Positions 1 through 14,345 of a DNA stretch of 64,000 nucleotides are shown one piece after another. Where the stretch lies: contig OX597814.1 in the NCBI GenBank assembly GCA_951406725.2, positions 186,868,001 to 186,932,000 on the forward strand, given 5' to 3'. Both the position numbers and the translations under genes were made by a program. Every line of letters begins with the position of its first letter. The first letter of the stretch is position 1. The DNA comes from Octopus vulgaris. Taxonomy: Eukaryota. Below the pieces are notes generated by a model that was given only the letters and a program-made list of their open reading frames with translations, did not search any database and was not told where the DNA came from.

Positions 1-2770
1 TTGTTTGCATAGGTTCTTAAATAATAAATACTGAGGTATATATAATCTTTCATGTTACATAGTTAATAAATTATTTACAAATTTTCCCCTCCTTCTGCAT
101 GTTAGACTTTGTTTCCTTGTCTACCACATGACAACCCACAACTCTATCTTCTATCTTTTCAATATATACAATACTTCCTACTTTTATTTTATTGCTTGCC
201 AAATGCCAAAGATATAATTTTCAATGCTTGTTATGTCCAATTCGGTAGCTATGTCATATCTCATTGTCAGTTTACTTGACTGTTTCTCAGATGATTTATA
301 AAACTACTGCCTCTCTTCTTACCATAGTTATCCTTAACTAAATCTTATTTCATTGTGTACAAAAGAGATTTTCTACCAACAATTTTTATAACAATTTTGT
401 TCCCTTTTTTTTTTTTCATGTTCTGTAACATTTAACAGAATATCCAATCTAGACAAAGCAAACTAACTCTCCATTACCATGCATTTATAAACACTATGTT
501 TTCTTTTTACTATCTTGAAGAAGTGATGCTGAAGGCTTTTCCTTCTCAGAAATAACTATTATCTTTTTAGTGATAACAAAATTTCTTTCTTGCTCAGTAA
601 TACTGACAGATAATCTCTAAGTTCTGTCTGAACTAACATTTCGTTTACAAAACATTCTACTTCATTACATAAGATTAGAAACCACACACTCTTCTGGTAA
701 ATGCACAGAAAGACCTTTCCAAATATGAAGAACTAAATTTGAGTTGGTTGATAGGATTCTAACTTGCTAAAAGAAGGATGTTATATTTAATATTCAACCA
801 CTGATGCTCTCTGCTTTGTCCCCCATGGAAGTTGTAAATAGGTTTTGTTAGAAGATATATTCACTACTGTATATAAAAGAGGGATATGAACCTGTCTCTT
901 TATAAAAGAAAATTCATAAACTCATCAGAAGAAAAACATTGGAAACCTATTTGGAAACTGTCTTTTTTTTTAGAGATGAGAGGCTTTTCAATGCCAAGTA
1001 ATTCAACAATGGAAGAAAAGTGTTCAAATTCACCTTTCACAAAATATTAATAAAGTTCAAATGTGATTTGATTGTCTGTCAATACAACTTGCTAACTACT
1101 TTCTTAATTTTACATAACCTGTGTAAAAAAAATATGCTGCTTTATAAATCTGTTTCTTCTTTAGTAACTTATGTAACTAAGCTATAATTTAATAACTAGT
1201 ATAATTGTATGATTTCATGTTTGTTAAGGTGGATTTTTCCTGTAATTACTTTATGGTAAATATATTATATCCCTTTTCTTCTGTGTATCGAACACTGAAG
1301 GTGAATTAAAAGTCTTAAGTCAGGCTTCACACTAAAGTTGCAAAAACTTCGATGACATTCATAAGCACCTTTTTTGTAAGAATTTAATAATTGATGAAAT
1401 GACTTCTCCAAATGTTATATTTGACATCTGTCTCTGTTGTCATAATCTGATTTGAAAAGTATTTTTGACCAATAACTGAAAATGTTAATTGATTTTAGTT
1501 TGTTTATTTTACTAAATATAAGATTACATGCCACTGATATAGCCATAATAGCAGTCAAAAATAGTATTTGTTTGAAGAAAGACATCTAGGTATCATTAGT
1601 TCATTAAAGTATTCTTTTTTTTTTTTCAGGTAATCTTAATGGGTGAACAAGGAAAGCTGAAAATATAATTTTGGTGTTGTATTTGCTAAGCAAATATTGT
1701 AGGTTCACAACTTATTATGCAACTTGTATTTCCAGCAGCTTGGTTTTATGGCCATATTTAAATTAGATGTGTATTTATACGTTTTCTGATAGAAAGCAGC
1801 ATTAGCAAGATATCTACAGTTTTAAAATCTCAATACAACAAAAAGAAATTCCATACCATAATCTACTGAAGCAGATCAGGACCAGAACAGAAAGGGAGGG
1901 GGGAACAAAAGACAAAGAAAGAGAGCATGTGGATATATGTAATCCATTACTGTATATTTAAGAAATAGTACAATTTTCAATAATTAAGGACCTTTACTTT
2001 TTAAGAAAGATCTCTCTCCAGTCAAGTTCTATGTTTTTCTTTCCATTTCATGTTATTGCAGTTTAAGAGCAGTATGTACTTTAATATATAAATTAGGTTT
2101 TGATCCCCTGCAATGTCAGCTTGAGAGAAAACAATAATAATTGCAAAGATAAACACCGCCTAAAAGTATTTTACTTTTGGTTTGTCATATATGAGAACTT
2201 CAAGAGAGTAAGAATTTGCTCTGTCTCATAAAAAGGATTAATATTGTTCTAAACATTATTTTTTTAAATCTTACTGTCAAATAACTCTACAATATAGGTA
2301 TTAGCACAATCAAAACCTGAGCCTTTAGTTTTTATACTTTTGTTTTTTAAATTCAACAAAAATTGAAACAGTTTTAATTTGTTTTATTTAATTTAAACTA
2401 AGCAAAATCATTAATCATAAGTATTTTGTTTTCAAATTAACTCTACATGAAAGTTGAATATTTAATCTAGTATTAAAGAAAATACATGAAACTTTAATAA
2501 CACTGAAAGTAAGTCCAATTTTAAAGTTTACACACATAAAATCTACGGAGATATCTTAGTTTAGTGAAAATTTTAACTATCAGAAATCCTGGTGAGATTG
2601 CAAAGTAGGATTATGCATTTGTTAATTGGAAAATACATTGCAGTATTCCTGAACTTCTAAGATTCCTCTTTTTTTTTATAGAAAATGATGATGAGTTTAG
2701 GAGGCTAATATAGTTGTCCTCAAAGGCTTCAAAAGTGCTAGACAAAAATGCTGTGTAAACCTGATGATAT

Positions 2771-2830
2771 TTAAAGAGTGCCATAGTTGCTTGCTGTAGT
2801 ATCAAGATTTCTCTTTTTAGTATCACTACC
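2771..2830 (-). CDS. Candidate terminal coding exon (GSDTKKRNLDTTASNYGTL*)
   Basis: Minus-strand acceptor ttttgtttgttcttctgagtcag followed by an open phase-0 frame to TAA; unique AT-rich sequence downstream could be 3'UTR. A second frame (ORF 2611-2826) is also open, so frame is uncertain. Confidence 0.2.
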   Translation of the reverse strand, partial: GSDTKKRNLDTTASNYGTL

Positions 2831-3510
2831 CTGACTCAGAAGAACAAACAAAACATTGCATATTAAATAAGGCTATAACGCAAATGTATAATTAAATATT
2901 TCATTAAAAACATTCTGCACCTTTATAATTACTTTTTGTCATTTTTAAATATTAACTGAAAAAGGATAATAAATCACAGAAAACTGCAAGTCATGGAATC
3001 TCTAAAGTGAATTAAAAACGTTGGCAAAGTAAGTAAATCAGATTACATATAATTCAGAACATGCTGCATAAGTCATAATTTGAAATTTAACTAGCTAAAA
3101 TTTATATATATTTTTCTGTCAGCACATACTTTTAATAGGAGAGAAGTTTTACTTCATTTACCCATAAGTTAAAATTAGTAGCGTAAGCTAATTTCAAAAT
3201 TATAAATAACTATTTCATAGAAAACTGCAATTAAATTTGTTTTAGCAAAGTAATGTGAAATATTTTCTTTATATTTTGTTTACATTTAATAAGTAGCCTC
3301 TAAGATTAGTATTATTGATTCTGGATATTTCAATGACAGATTCAATGCAGTAAAAGTTAAGGTGAATAAGAAATGTGAGATTTAATGAATTTATTACTCA
3401 CCACCTTTATTTTATATTTTTATTTTATTACTGATTAGAAAGAATGTCAGAGAGAAATATCTGTGGTTGAACCCCTAAACTGACTAATTCAATAATTTTA
3501 TCTCTGCTCA

Positions 3511-3574
3511 TCACCACTTCTTCTTGACAACAATATTACAACTGGCTGCCTTGACCTTATCTAGCCAGTGAGTT
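3511..3574 (-). CDS. Candidate alternative terminal exon (THWLDKVKAASCNIVVKKKW*)
   Basis: Acceptor ttttgcgtcattcag; open in phase 2, compatible with the phase-2 donor at 13106. No homology recognised. Confidence 0.15.
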
Positions 3575-4627
3575 CTGAATGACGCAAAATATGCAATTCT
3601 CAATCAAATCTAATAAAAATGCAGTTCTTGTCTAGGATAACAGACACAGATAACAGAATAGAGAAAATATTTAATTTAGTATATATCTAGACATTTGTAT
3701 ATGATGCTGTTAGTACACTTGTAATAAGATATTTCAATATCATTATCTATGTTATTGTTCTTTTGACATCCATACTTCTATACAGACAAATTAAAATGTG
3801 TTATTCTATCCAATTTATTTGCTATCAAGCAGTTCTGTAATTCAGAGTAACTGTATCTCTTCTATTGACTATGAAAGTTAGAATATTCATAAGATATCTA
3901 TATAGCTTACAGATATTTTTCTTGTTACATGTGCATCTGGTTGCATATATATATGAATTCAAGGGAAAGGATATTTCTGAGGTTTACAGCACATATTGTG
4001 CATCTGGCTTCATATTAATGAAGTTTATCGGAATGTGAAAAAGAGCAAAACAAAAAACCCATATCCATTTAGTTTAACACATGATTTGTACATATAATAG
4101 CTGTATACCATAAAAGCACTGAACATGTTTATGAACTTACTGACATTTTACTATTCATTTATCAAGTACTTATATTTTTATTACATCTTAGCCCCAAAAT
4201 GTTCAGACAATAAAATATTGTTACATGTTGATTATCAAATCAACAAACATGCTTTCAGCATTGTGAAATGATTTTAGCCATTCTTAATCTTTGGCTAGGT
4301 TTTATACATATTTTTTGTGTGTATTCAAGTATACCACAGTACTTTATATATATATATATATATTGATAAAAATGGTAAGACAACAAAAGAATGAAAGAGA
4401 CCTTAATATTATGTAAATAGAGGAATTTATCTGTAAATGTAATATGTGACAATTATTCGGGAGCCATGATAAAACTCCAAGTTTTGTATGCAGAGGTGGA
4501 AAACCACGCCGCCATCTCTTCAGTTATCTGGCCATCGGAAAAATACTATGAAAATGACCATTATACATACATACATATACATATATATATATATATATAT
4601 ATATGCATGCACACACATACATATACG

Positions 4628-5490
4628 ATGGGTTGACATGAAAGAAATTTCGTTTTTTGCAAATAGATAGAGTTAAGATTTTTTTTAATGACTTTTGTCA
4701 ATGCTATGATTTGTTTTCCTTTTAACTTTTGATAGCTGTTACTTTTAGCTTACTTTAGGAGCAATTGGCACATAATTTTGTTTACAGCTGTTAGTTAAGT
4801 GTCAATTTTAACTTGGAGTACAAAAACAAACATTTTCGCCATATTTTGCCTTTTTATTTCTGTAAAAGCAAGAAGGCTGCTGAGGTTCAAAACAAGATAT
4901 GTTAAGTTTATGGTGTTGATTGCTTAACAGAACGCACATATTAGATATGGGTTAAAAAATTCTGTCCTGGAGATTTTTCATGCAAAGATGACCAACATTC
5001 TGGTCGACCTACTGAAGCTGATGATGATCGAATCAAAGCCATAATCGAATCCGATTGTCCTATAACTGTGTGAGAGATTGCAGGGAGGTTAAATGTATCA
5101 CAAGCAACAATTGAAAATCACTTAAACTGTCTTGGTCTTATTAAGAAGTTCAATATTTGGGTTCCACATAAATTGAAAGAGATTCACCTAACACAATGAC
5201 TCAATATATGAAATATGCATCTCAAATGCAATGAAATCGACCTTTTTTCAAATGAATCATCACTTGAGATGAAAAGAGTATTGCCAACAATAACATCAAT
5301 TGAGAATGATCATTGTCCAAGCATAATCAACCAACACAAACCACATCAAAAGCTGAATTGCATAAAAAAAAGGTCATGATGTCAATTTGGTGGGATTACA
5401 AAGGTATTGTGTATTTCAAGCTACTTCTAAGGAACCAAACAATCAATTCTGATGTTTGCTGTCAACAACAAATGAAACTGGTAGAAGCAA
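4628..5490 (+). mobile_element. Degenerate 3'-truncated mariner transposon
   Basis: Encodes the mariner WVPHKL motif (5158-5175) and KKVMMSIWWDYKGIVYF; many stops; TIR-like left end gggttgacatgaaagaaatt; right end not found. Confidence 0.85.
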
Positions 5491-5799
5491 TATATATATA
5501 TATTAAAATTAAGGGTATCTAAAAAATACCATCATGTTAGATATAGCAGTCAAAACTTGACTCTAAAACCACATCAAATATTCATGCAGCACCTTTTAGA
5601 TGCCCTTAATTATAATTTTAATAATAATTATTACCTATGAGGATTTTATTCCCATGCTAGCCACTTGAGATGATCGGTATTTAAATGACGATCTTATCCT
5701 TATTTATATATAGATAGATATAGATATATATCCATATATCTATATATATCCACATATATATTATATATCCACATATCTATATATATCCATATATATATA

Positions 5800-7079
5800 T
5801 TGGGTTGGCAACAAAGTTACCGTGAGGTTTTTTTTAATTTTGGAATTTAATGCCTCTTTTTTCAAATTTTGGAATCTTTTTTTTTTTTAGAATTCTATTT
5901 TTGAATCATTTTGAAATCTATATTGTTTCTTTTTCTAGTTAATTTTAGTTAATTTTTGTTTATTTTCAGATCATTAATATGGACTGTCAAATTAAGAAAA
6001 ACGAGCATTTTCAACACCTCCTCCTTTTTGCTTTTAGACAAGGTTCTAAGGTTGCAAAAGCTGCTCATGACATTTTTGCTGTGTATGGAAAAGGTGCCAT
6101 AGCTGAAAGAACTGCCCGTGACTGGTATGCCAAGTTCAAAAATGGAAATTTTGACCTCAAAGACGCATCACATTCTGGCCATCCAGTTGAGTTCGATGAA
6201 GAGCAATTAAACCAACATTTGCACGAAAATTCTCATCAAACGACAAGGGAACTGGCAGAGAAAATGGAATGCTCCCACACTGCTACAGAGAAGCATCTTC
6301 ACTCGATGGGAAAAGTTTAGAAGTATGGAGCATGAGTTCCACATGCTTTAAGTGACAACAACAAAAATCAACGAGCCACAATCTCCGCTGGTTTGCTTGC
6401 TTGTCACAAGCTTGCTCGACACAAGCAACCATTTCTTTACCAAATTATTACTGGTGACAAAAAATGGTGCCTATACATCAATATGAAGCAGCGTAAGGAA
6501 TGGCTTAGCCCCTGTAAACAAGTAACACCATGCGTGAAACAAGATCTTCATCCACATAAAAAGATGTTGTGCATATAGCAGGACTGGGAAGGGATTACCC
6601 ATTAGATATTGCTTGAATGGAACCAAACAGTCAATGTGGATGGAACAATCCAACATGGCTATTCAAGAGAAAAAACCTAATCGGCAATCATGAAGTTTTT
6701 CTGCTGCATGACAATGCCGCAGCTCATATCACCAATATGACCAAGGAAGCCATTCAAACACATAGCTGAGAAATGTTGTCACACCCGCCGTACTCTCCTG
6801 ATTTGGAACCAACAGATTTCCACCTTTTCCAATCTCTTTCAAATGCTATGCGCAGAATTTCATTCAATACTGATGCAGAATTGAGAGCTTAGTTGGATCT
6901 ATTTTGTGAGTGGAAATCGGGTGATTTCTACCAACAAGGTATTGAAAATCTTGTTGAACATTGGGAAGAAGTGGTAAACAACAAAGGTGAATACATTATT
7001 GATTAATTAGTTGTTATCTTTTTATTAAACCTTTAAAAAAAATATAACTTTAAAAAATGGGAGGAACTTAGTTGCCAAC

Positions 7080-7083
<4 letters not shown>
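5800..7083 (+). mobile_element. Full-length but inactivated mariner (DD34D) transposon
   Basis: TIRs ttgggttggcaac..agtt / aact..gttgccaacctaa, TA on both sides inside (TA)n; transposase pseudogene from ATG 5979 with HTH region, *VPHAL, IITGDKKW and YSPDLEPTDF motifs; several stops and frameshifts. Confidence 0.95.
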
Positions 7084-7130
<47 letters not shown>

Positions 7131-7869
7131 AGAAATATTTGAAATTTCCATTACCAGTGGCCTAGCGTGTAAAACTTTAGTCAATAGACTATATATTACT
7201 CATATAAATACAGTGTACATTTAAACACATAAGGATTCCTTGCATGCTAGAGAGGACAGTTACATTCCAAACCACTATTAGAGATAAAATTTCGAAGTAG
7301 ATGGTGCTTGTGAAAGAAGGAGACCCAGGAACATGTGGTACAGAGTGGCGAAAGCTGAGCTGAGGATATTGAGCTAGTTGGCAATACACAGTGCTTGAGA
7401 AGACCTACCCAACCATGCTAGCATAGCATAACTGAAATTCAAAATGTATAATGTGACTGTTCACAACTGAGGTGGTGGAAGCTTGTGTATGCACCCTAGA
7501 TATATTTTTTGAATTTTAATATTTTGCAAAAACCATCTTTCTGCTTTCTTGGCACATTCTTCCATTTGTTAATCAATGTTTTAGGATTGTCTTCATTTGA
7601 TGCAGTTCATAGTCTTAGAAATTCTGTTTCCATACTCATCTGCTATGACATTTATTTCCATGCTTTTCTTTGTTGCTTTGGTGCAGTTTTGGGTTTGATT
7701 TGTAGTTTATGTGGTTAAATTAATGCCATTTTTCAAAAATACCTGCTTTGTTATTATTTTCTGTCATATTTCAAAAGGTAAATTTTCTAGCCATTGGATG
7801 TTCATATATGTCTAATTCTACTTTTAGGTACAAGAAAAACCAAAGGTTATTAGTTTATCAAAGAAAACA

Positions 7870-9725
7870 ATAACTGATATTCAAGTAAACATATTAAAAA
7901 TTGGGTTAAAATTTACAGTTACCCAACAAAATTCCAACTTTTCTAACATGAAAAATAAAATAGTAGAATTCTATTAAAAACTCAGACTAGTGAAGCATTT
8001 TTTTTTAAAGCGATTATAATGATGATGAATCACTTGCAAAACATAAAAGCAATTTTTGTTAAAAGAACGGGAGGAATAACACCTTTGACACTGTGATAAC
8101 ACGATGAATTTCCCAACTGAATTGAATGAAAATAGGAACATAAAATGAAATTTCTCAAGAACAGAAAAATGTGAATGATCTACAAAAAGACATTGAAATT
8201 ACAGTTTAAGGAGCTGATACAGGTAGTGCTGTTGCTATCATTGATACAAATTACTATAAAGAACTTGTTTTTAAAATGTTAGAAATTGATAATTACTATG
8301 ACAAAATAGACAAAAATAAGCATCTTATAATCCTGCTTGACATTGCATTACTTAGCCCATAGGTAATGCTTTCCTGTGATTAGAAAAAAAGAGGGAGAGA
8401 GAAGTGTCCATGACGTGAGGTAGAGGAAATGTAATTGTAACGCTTTCATGTGATTAGTTGAAGGGAAAGAGAGGAGAGAGAAAAAAGGGGATAAGGTAAA
8501 GAGTGAGACAGAAAGGAGAAAAAGAAAGACAGAGAAAAAGAGGGTGAGAAGCATCCATGTCGTGAGATGGGAGGAACATAATATTTATAACATGATTAAA
8601 AGAGTTAGTTGGCAATAGAGGAGGAGAGTTAAAAATATAATTTTAGCAGAGGAGTGATGCTCTGATGATGAGGTTAAAGAAAGAATGAGAGAGAGGAGGG
8701 AGAGATGATGATGGTGGTGATGGAAATAGGATAGTGAAAAGTGTATTTTTTAAAAATTGAACTAAGTTTTTTTTTATATCACTTAACACATGCACATAAG
8801 TGCAATTTTGTGAAATATTCATGCTTATTCATATGGCAGATATATGCAGTTTAACTAAAGGTTGTATCATATGTATGAGATACATTTTTTGTATACAGGA
8901 AAAATGGAAAAATAAGAGTGAATATTTTATGAGTGTTGTGTATTCAGTCTATAAAATTATGTATAAAGTATATAAAGTGTATATATAAAGTGCATTAAGT
9001 AATCATTGTATTCCAATTTCTTTCACTTTTCAATGAGTAGCAGATGAGCAATTGTCTTTTCATACACAGAAATAACCCAGTAAGTTTACTGTTAATTCTT
9101 TGAAATATTCATGGGTCCCATGAGTTCAAAAATAATTAGAAATTTTTATTGAATAATTTGAATATGTACTGTAAATGTTGGACTACTAAAAAATGTTATT
9201 ACATGAGTAGTTTCAGATGCAAAAGCAGCAATTTCTATGACCTACCCAAAATGCATAAAAATTAAGCTAAAAGTAATGCTGCTCATGAAATTAACGTGCA
9301 AGTGGCTGAGCACATCACAGGCACATAGTTCTCAGGAAGATTTAGCAGGACACACAGAACATGACTAGAGCAATGTGAAATAAAGTGATACAACATGCTG
9401 CTAGGTATTGAACTCATGACCTTATGGTTGTGAGCCAAATACTCTAACCACTAAGCCATATGCCTTCAATTGATATATTAATCGATACATTAATATCCTT
9501 TATGATTACAGAATCAATATGATTAAATATTTACTTGATACATAGTAATTTGAGTTAGAAGAATGTATTGAGTAAAAACTTCATCAATGGTGAACTGAGA
9601 TTCATATTATGAAACAATTATTTCATATTTGATGGCATAGCATACCAACAAATATCAAGGAAGGTGATGTGATGGGTGCTAAAGTTGCTCCTACTTATGC
9701 CATCTTAGTAATGGGTTACTATGTG
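7870..9725 (+). mobile_element. Fragmented Penelope-like retroelement (RT relic)
   Basis: Translated pieces in the expected order: LGLKFTVT (~7900), ADTGSAVAIIDTNYY (DKG-like motif, ~8213), FYDLPKMHK (~9233), NNYFIFDG..YQQ..MGAKVAPTYA (~9610-9700); interrupted by other sequence. Confidence 0.7.
9290..9470 (-). mobile_element. Old tRNA-derived SINE remnant
   Basis: Minus strand reads tggcttagtggttagag...ggtcatgagttcaatacc (A-box and B-box like). Confidence 0.55.
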
Positions 9726-10469
9726 AAGAAAATTTTACACATATTTAACCTTTTTGATACCAACCCACCCAAGACAACTCCTGGTTCTATGATATTGTAA
9801 AGTGTTCTAAATTAAAAGCTTCTGTCAAAATTTCATACTAATTTATGATCCAAACATCAGTTTAATAATGATAGTCATTTTATAAAATTGTTCATTATTT
9901 AAAAAATAATGCATTCAACAGAAATATGGTAAGTTGCTGTTGCATTCAATGGCAGGATAATTTTGAATTTATAGAATTTGAAAATTTTGTTAAAGCATTA
10001 ACCATAATATTTAGTTCATGATGAATTTCAAGTAGTAGGAACAGTTAATTTTTATTTTTTTCAAGAATGAAAGTTGGAACAAGTATTTACGGATCCAAAG
10101 CAGTATCTTCTTTTCACATCCTGTCACCATAAATATACTATGAGGGTAATGAGTCAGTGCTGATAGGAGATGTGAGGCACTGGAAGTGAAGGAGAGTGTG
10201 ATGTCACATAACAAAGTTGGGTCTTCCGATCTGTTTATTTCTTCAATCGCCAGCCAGGGGTAACAGATTTGCATAGTGAGTTCTTGTGTATTGTACTCTG
10301 ACCAGCAGGTTTTGGATTAGTGAGAGTGTGCAAGGCTGCACATTGAGTTCCAGTCAGAGTGTTGAGTAGTTTCCTTTTTTTAAAGTTTGTTTTGTCAGCT
10401 CAAGGTAAGAGCCTTTATTTTGCCATCTTTCATAACATGCATGCAATATTGAATATTCTATGCAAGCTT

Positions 10470-11860
10470 GCAAAATGAATTTCCACTATTCTATCAAATA
10501 CAAAATATGATCAAAGACTGGATGAATTGAAAAACATGCTTATTCAAAGAGCATTTCTGCAAATAGAACTGAAAGAGCAAAATGTATATATTTTCAAGAT
10601 CTAAGAAAATCAGATAGTGTGCAACAGAAAAGACTGCACTAATATGATTATGTGATGCATATGAATGAGAATAGCTGTATAAAGAAGTGCTAATCACTAA
10701 ATGTGGATGAAACCTGTGGAAGAGGAGACCCAAGGAAATGTGAGACAAAGTAGTGAAGACCAACCTCAGGTTGTTGAGCCTCACAATTCTCTATGCTCAA
10801 GAAAACCTGTCTCAACAAAAAAGAAAGCCCTAAAAATATACCATTAATGTTTCTTCCCGCACTACACATCTTCCTAATACCCATCCCTCCATCATTCTTC
10901 TAACCATAGCACTATTTACTCAATTGTTGTAATTACATGAGAGCAGAACTACATATTTTGTACCAGCACTTAATCCTGCTCCTTGTAACTACTTCCTTTT
11001 CCACCTATCCTTCATTCTCAATATCATCCCTTACCACTTTATTTTCTACTGACCAACTCTTTCCTCTGAACAGCCCTACAAATCTCCCAATCCACAGCTT
11101 TGTCCCTTCTGTTTGCACTCACCATATCTACCCATACATACCTCTGGCCTCTGTCTCTGTTACTGTGTATCTCTCTCTCTCGCTCTCCCTCACTCACACA
11201 TTTCATATCATTCTCCACTCTCTCATGTATCTATAGCTTTAATATACTGTTGTTCTATATCACCCATATTTATGTGCTGTCACATACCTCCTCCTCCTCC
11301 TTGACATGTTCCTATTTGCCTTTAACTCCTGCCTACATCACAAAAATTGAGTTTCCTCACTCACTACACCTCCACCTGTGTCTACCCTTCACTGCATTCC
11401 CTTTTATCCCCATTATCATTCTCATTTCAGATTCTTGTAAAACTACTTATCCACCTGTTCTCAATCATTTATATCTTTTCTCCATGACATCCACCTTCTT
11501 GTACACTGATAGTACGCCTTGACATCCCATTTTCACCATGCTTTCTCCTTTTTGCAGCTGGAGTAGCCATGTAGCAAGATACCTGATTCAATCCCTCTAT
11601 CATACTTTCAACGCCCAACATGAAACCACCTCCTACAATGAACCCTGCTCAGTCAAGGGGGTTGTGTCTTGTGAGAACTTAGTGACTTCACTAGTACTAG
11701 TAGCACAAAAAAGCACCCATTACACTCTGTAAAGGAGTTGGTGTTAGGAAGTGCATCCAACTGTGGAAACCATGCCCTCTGGCTCACTGGTTTCTGCTGA
11801 AACATCAAGCCCATGCCTGCATGGAAAAAGGGGAATTAAATAAAGATGATGATGACAATA
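10470..11860 (+). mobile_element. LINE 3' fragments plus LINE-tail repeat ending in (GAT)n
   Basis: C-terminal-like relic at ~10700-10790; 11690-11860 resembles the tail at 14160-14345 (ttaggaag.gcatc..ctgt.gaaacc, cccatgcc.gcatggaaaa, gatgatgat). Confidence 0.55.
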
Positions 11861-12269
11861 GATATTTACATTTGTATGTGTGTGTGTATACACACATATT
11901 TATCTATTTATATATTTACATTTATGTATATGCGCGCGCGCGCGCACACACACACACACACACAGTGATTGGTCTAAATTTGATGATTTTTTTATGCCTC
12001 CTTTTTTTAAGAACAGCTAAGTAGTTTTACAAGAATCTGAAATAAGAATGATAATGGGGATAAAAGTGAATGCAGTGAAGGGTAGACACAGGTAGAGGTG
12101 TAGTCAATGGGGAAACTCAAGACATTTGGTAAACTACAGATGTTCCTCTACCCTAATGGCTCATATTCTGATAAACAAGAAGTGAAAGAATAAGGCTCTG
12201 AATTGTGAGGTATACAATATTTTCAATGCCATTGGATCATGCCATTAACCAGCAAGACACACCTCTTGC

Positions 12270-13050
12270 TATGGTCAGATAAACTCAAGTAAACAAAGAA
12301 ACTGCCATATGATTGGTTTCCAAAAGGCTTTTGATATGATCCATAGGGATAAGCTAACAGATATTCTGGTCACTTATGGAATCCCCAGGAAAATGGTCTC
12401 AACTATTGAAGTGTTCTACAAAGACACTTCTGTAAAGATATTATCTCCTGATGGTGATACTGAGTTCTTTGAAATTTTGGTAGGAGTACTTCAAGGTGAC
12501 AACCTGGCCCTCTCTCTATTTATAAAAGTACTAGACTATGCAATGAGAAAGCAACAAAAGAAGATGAATCCATTGGTTTTAGACTACAACAAGCATGCAG
12601 CAGGAGGCATCCTGCAGTGCTTCTCACAAATACAGATTATGCTGATGATATAGCATTAATATCTGAAACAATAAAACAAGTTCAGCTTCTTTTAATTGCA
12701 AGTCCTGTGCTTTATAGATTGGTTTACACACAAAGACAAAACAAAGTACATGGCTTACAACCACGAAGACAGCTACCTATTAACAATGAATGGATACAAG
12801 TTGCAAAAAGTAAACGATTTCTTGTATCTAGACTTGTGGGTTGATATAAGTGTAAAGAACATTAAAACTCACATTGCTAAAGCATGATCAGCTTTGTCAA
12901 AGATGGACACCATTTATTTGGAAATCAAATCTAAACCAAGAGCTTAAGATTAGCTTCTTTCATGAAACAATAGAAACCATACTCTTATGCAACTGTATTA
13001 CATGGGATCTACAACACTGAAAAGAAAACTAGATGTGGTACAGCTATGAG
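12270..13050 (+). mobile_element. Non-LTR retrotransposon RT fragment (RTE-like)
   Basis: FQKAFDMIHR, GVLQGDNLALSLF and DYADDIAL motifs across frameshifted ORFs. Confidence 0.9.
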
Positions 13051-13105
13051 AGAGTACTTCTGAGTAATTTAGTACTCATTGTTGATGTTATTGTGGGTGA
13101 CTTAC

Positions 13106-13361
13106 CTTGTATTTACAGTTGTGGCTAGGATAAGGGGCTTTTGATTCTCATGGCTTGCTCCTGATAATGTGGATGGAGCAATTTCATTTGTCACCTCATG
13201 AGTTGTAACTGGTGTCACTCTAGAATCTTGATTTATTGTTAGTGCTTTTGTCCTTTTAGACTTCCTGTGCGAAAAGCTTTTAAATGAGTTTTGCTTCCAT
13301 ATAAGTAACAACTGGGTTGTCTACTTAGGATGCAAAGGTTTAGGTCTTCTTCTCAGCACCC
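13106..13361 (-). other. Candidate spliced exon, coding status uncertain (one in-frame TAG at 13321-13323)
   Basis: Acceptor ttttcttttctag and consensus donor AAG|gtaagt; unique sequence between LINE relics. Confidence 0.35.
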
Positions 13362-13689
13362 CTAGAAAAGAAAACCTGAAGCATTCTTGGCAAGGTAGAG
13401 GTAAGTTACTTTTCTCCTATTATAGGCTTCTGTAACTGATTGTGGAAGATTGGCAGACTGGAAGCAGTCTGATGAACAAATTTTCTTCATGCTTTCAATC
13501 TTTCAGCAAAATGTTTCACTGAGAAGGTTTTCCCACTATTCATGTTTATACCTGAAGTGGTATATGCATGCATACTGTTGTTGTTATTGTCAAACATTCT
13601 TTATTATTCTGTATTTGTTGGAGTGTTATTTTTACTTCATTTTCTATAATTTGTTTATATTGAGAGCTTCTACTTTTGTTGGTAAAAAA

Positions 13690-14345
13690 AGGGTCTCTCC
13701 CTCAGAGTGAAAGGTGGATTGTATGATACCCGTGTGCAAACAGTCATGTTACACAGCAGAGAAACATGGGCTGTGACTGCAGAGGACATGTGAAGGCTTG
13801 AAAGAAATGAAGCTAGTACTCTTTGCTGGATGTGCAATATCAGTGTGCATGCATGACAGTGTAAGCATCTTGAGAGAAAAATTGGGCATAAGAGGCATCA
13901 AATGTGGTGTGCAAGATAGAGGACTGCACTGGTATGGTCATGTAATGCCTATGGACAAGGAGAGCTATGTAAAGAAGTGCTGATCTCTAACTGTGGAAGG
14001 AACCTGTGGAAGAAGTAGACCCAGGAAGACATGGGAGAAGGAGGTGAAGCATGATCTTTGGATGTTGGATCTTATGGAGGCAATGACAAGTGATTAAGAC
14101 CTTTGGTGATTTGCTGTGCTTGAGAAGACTTGTCAAGCCAAGTGAAATTGTATGTGTGGATAGTGTTGGTGACACATAAAAGGCATCCATTACACTCTTG
14201 GGGTGGTTGGAGTTAGGAAGGGCATCGAGCTGTAGAAACCAAGCCAAATCAGATTGGAGTCTGGTATAGCTCTCTGGCTTACTAGATCCAGTCAAATGTC
14301 TAACCCATGCCAGCATGGAAAACATGCTAAATTATGATGATGATA
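13690..14345 (+). mobile_element. 5'-truncated LINE 3' end with 3'UTR and (GAT)n tail
   Basis: LREKLGIRGI..GLHWYGHV and RPRKTW motifs typical of RTE-type C-termini; tail tgatgatgat at ~14340. Confidence 0.8.

Noticed and set aside
5979-7007. Potentially active or domesticated mariner transposase
   Set aside because: Multiple stops and frameshifts, including in the WVPH motif.
10385-10410. ttttgtcag-CTCAAG-gtaaga, a possible 6-nt plus-strand microexon or first-exon donor
   Set aside because: No other convincing plus-strand exons were found to connect it to.
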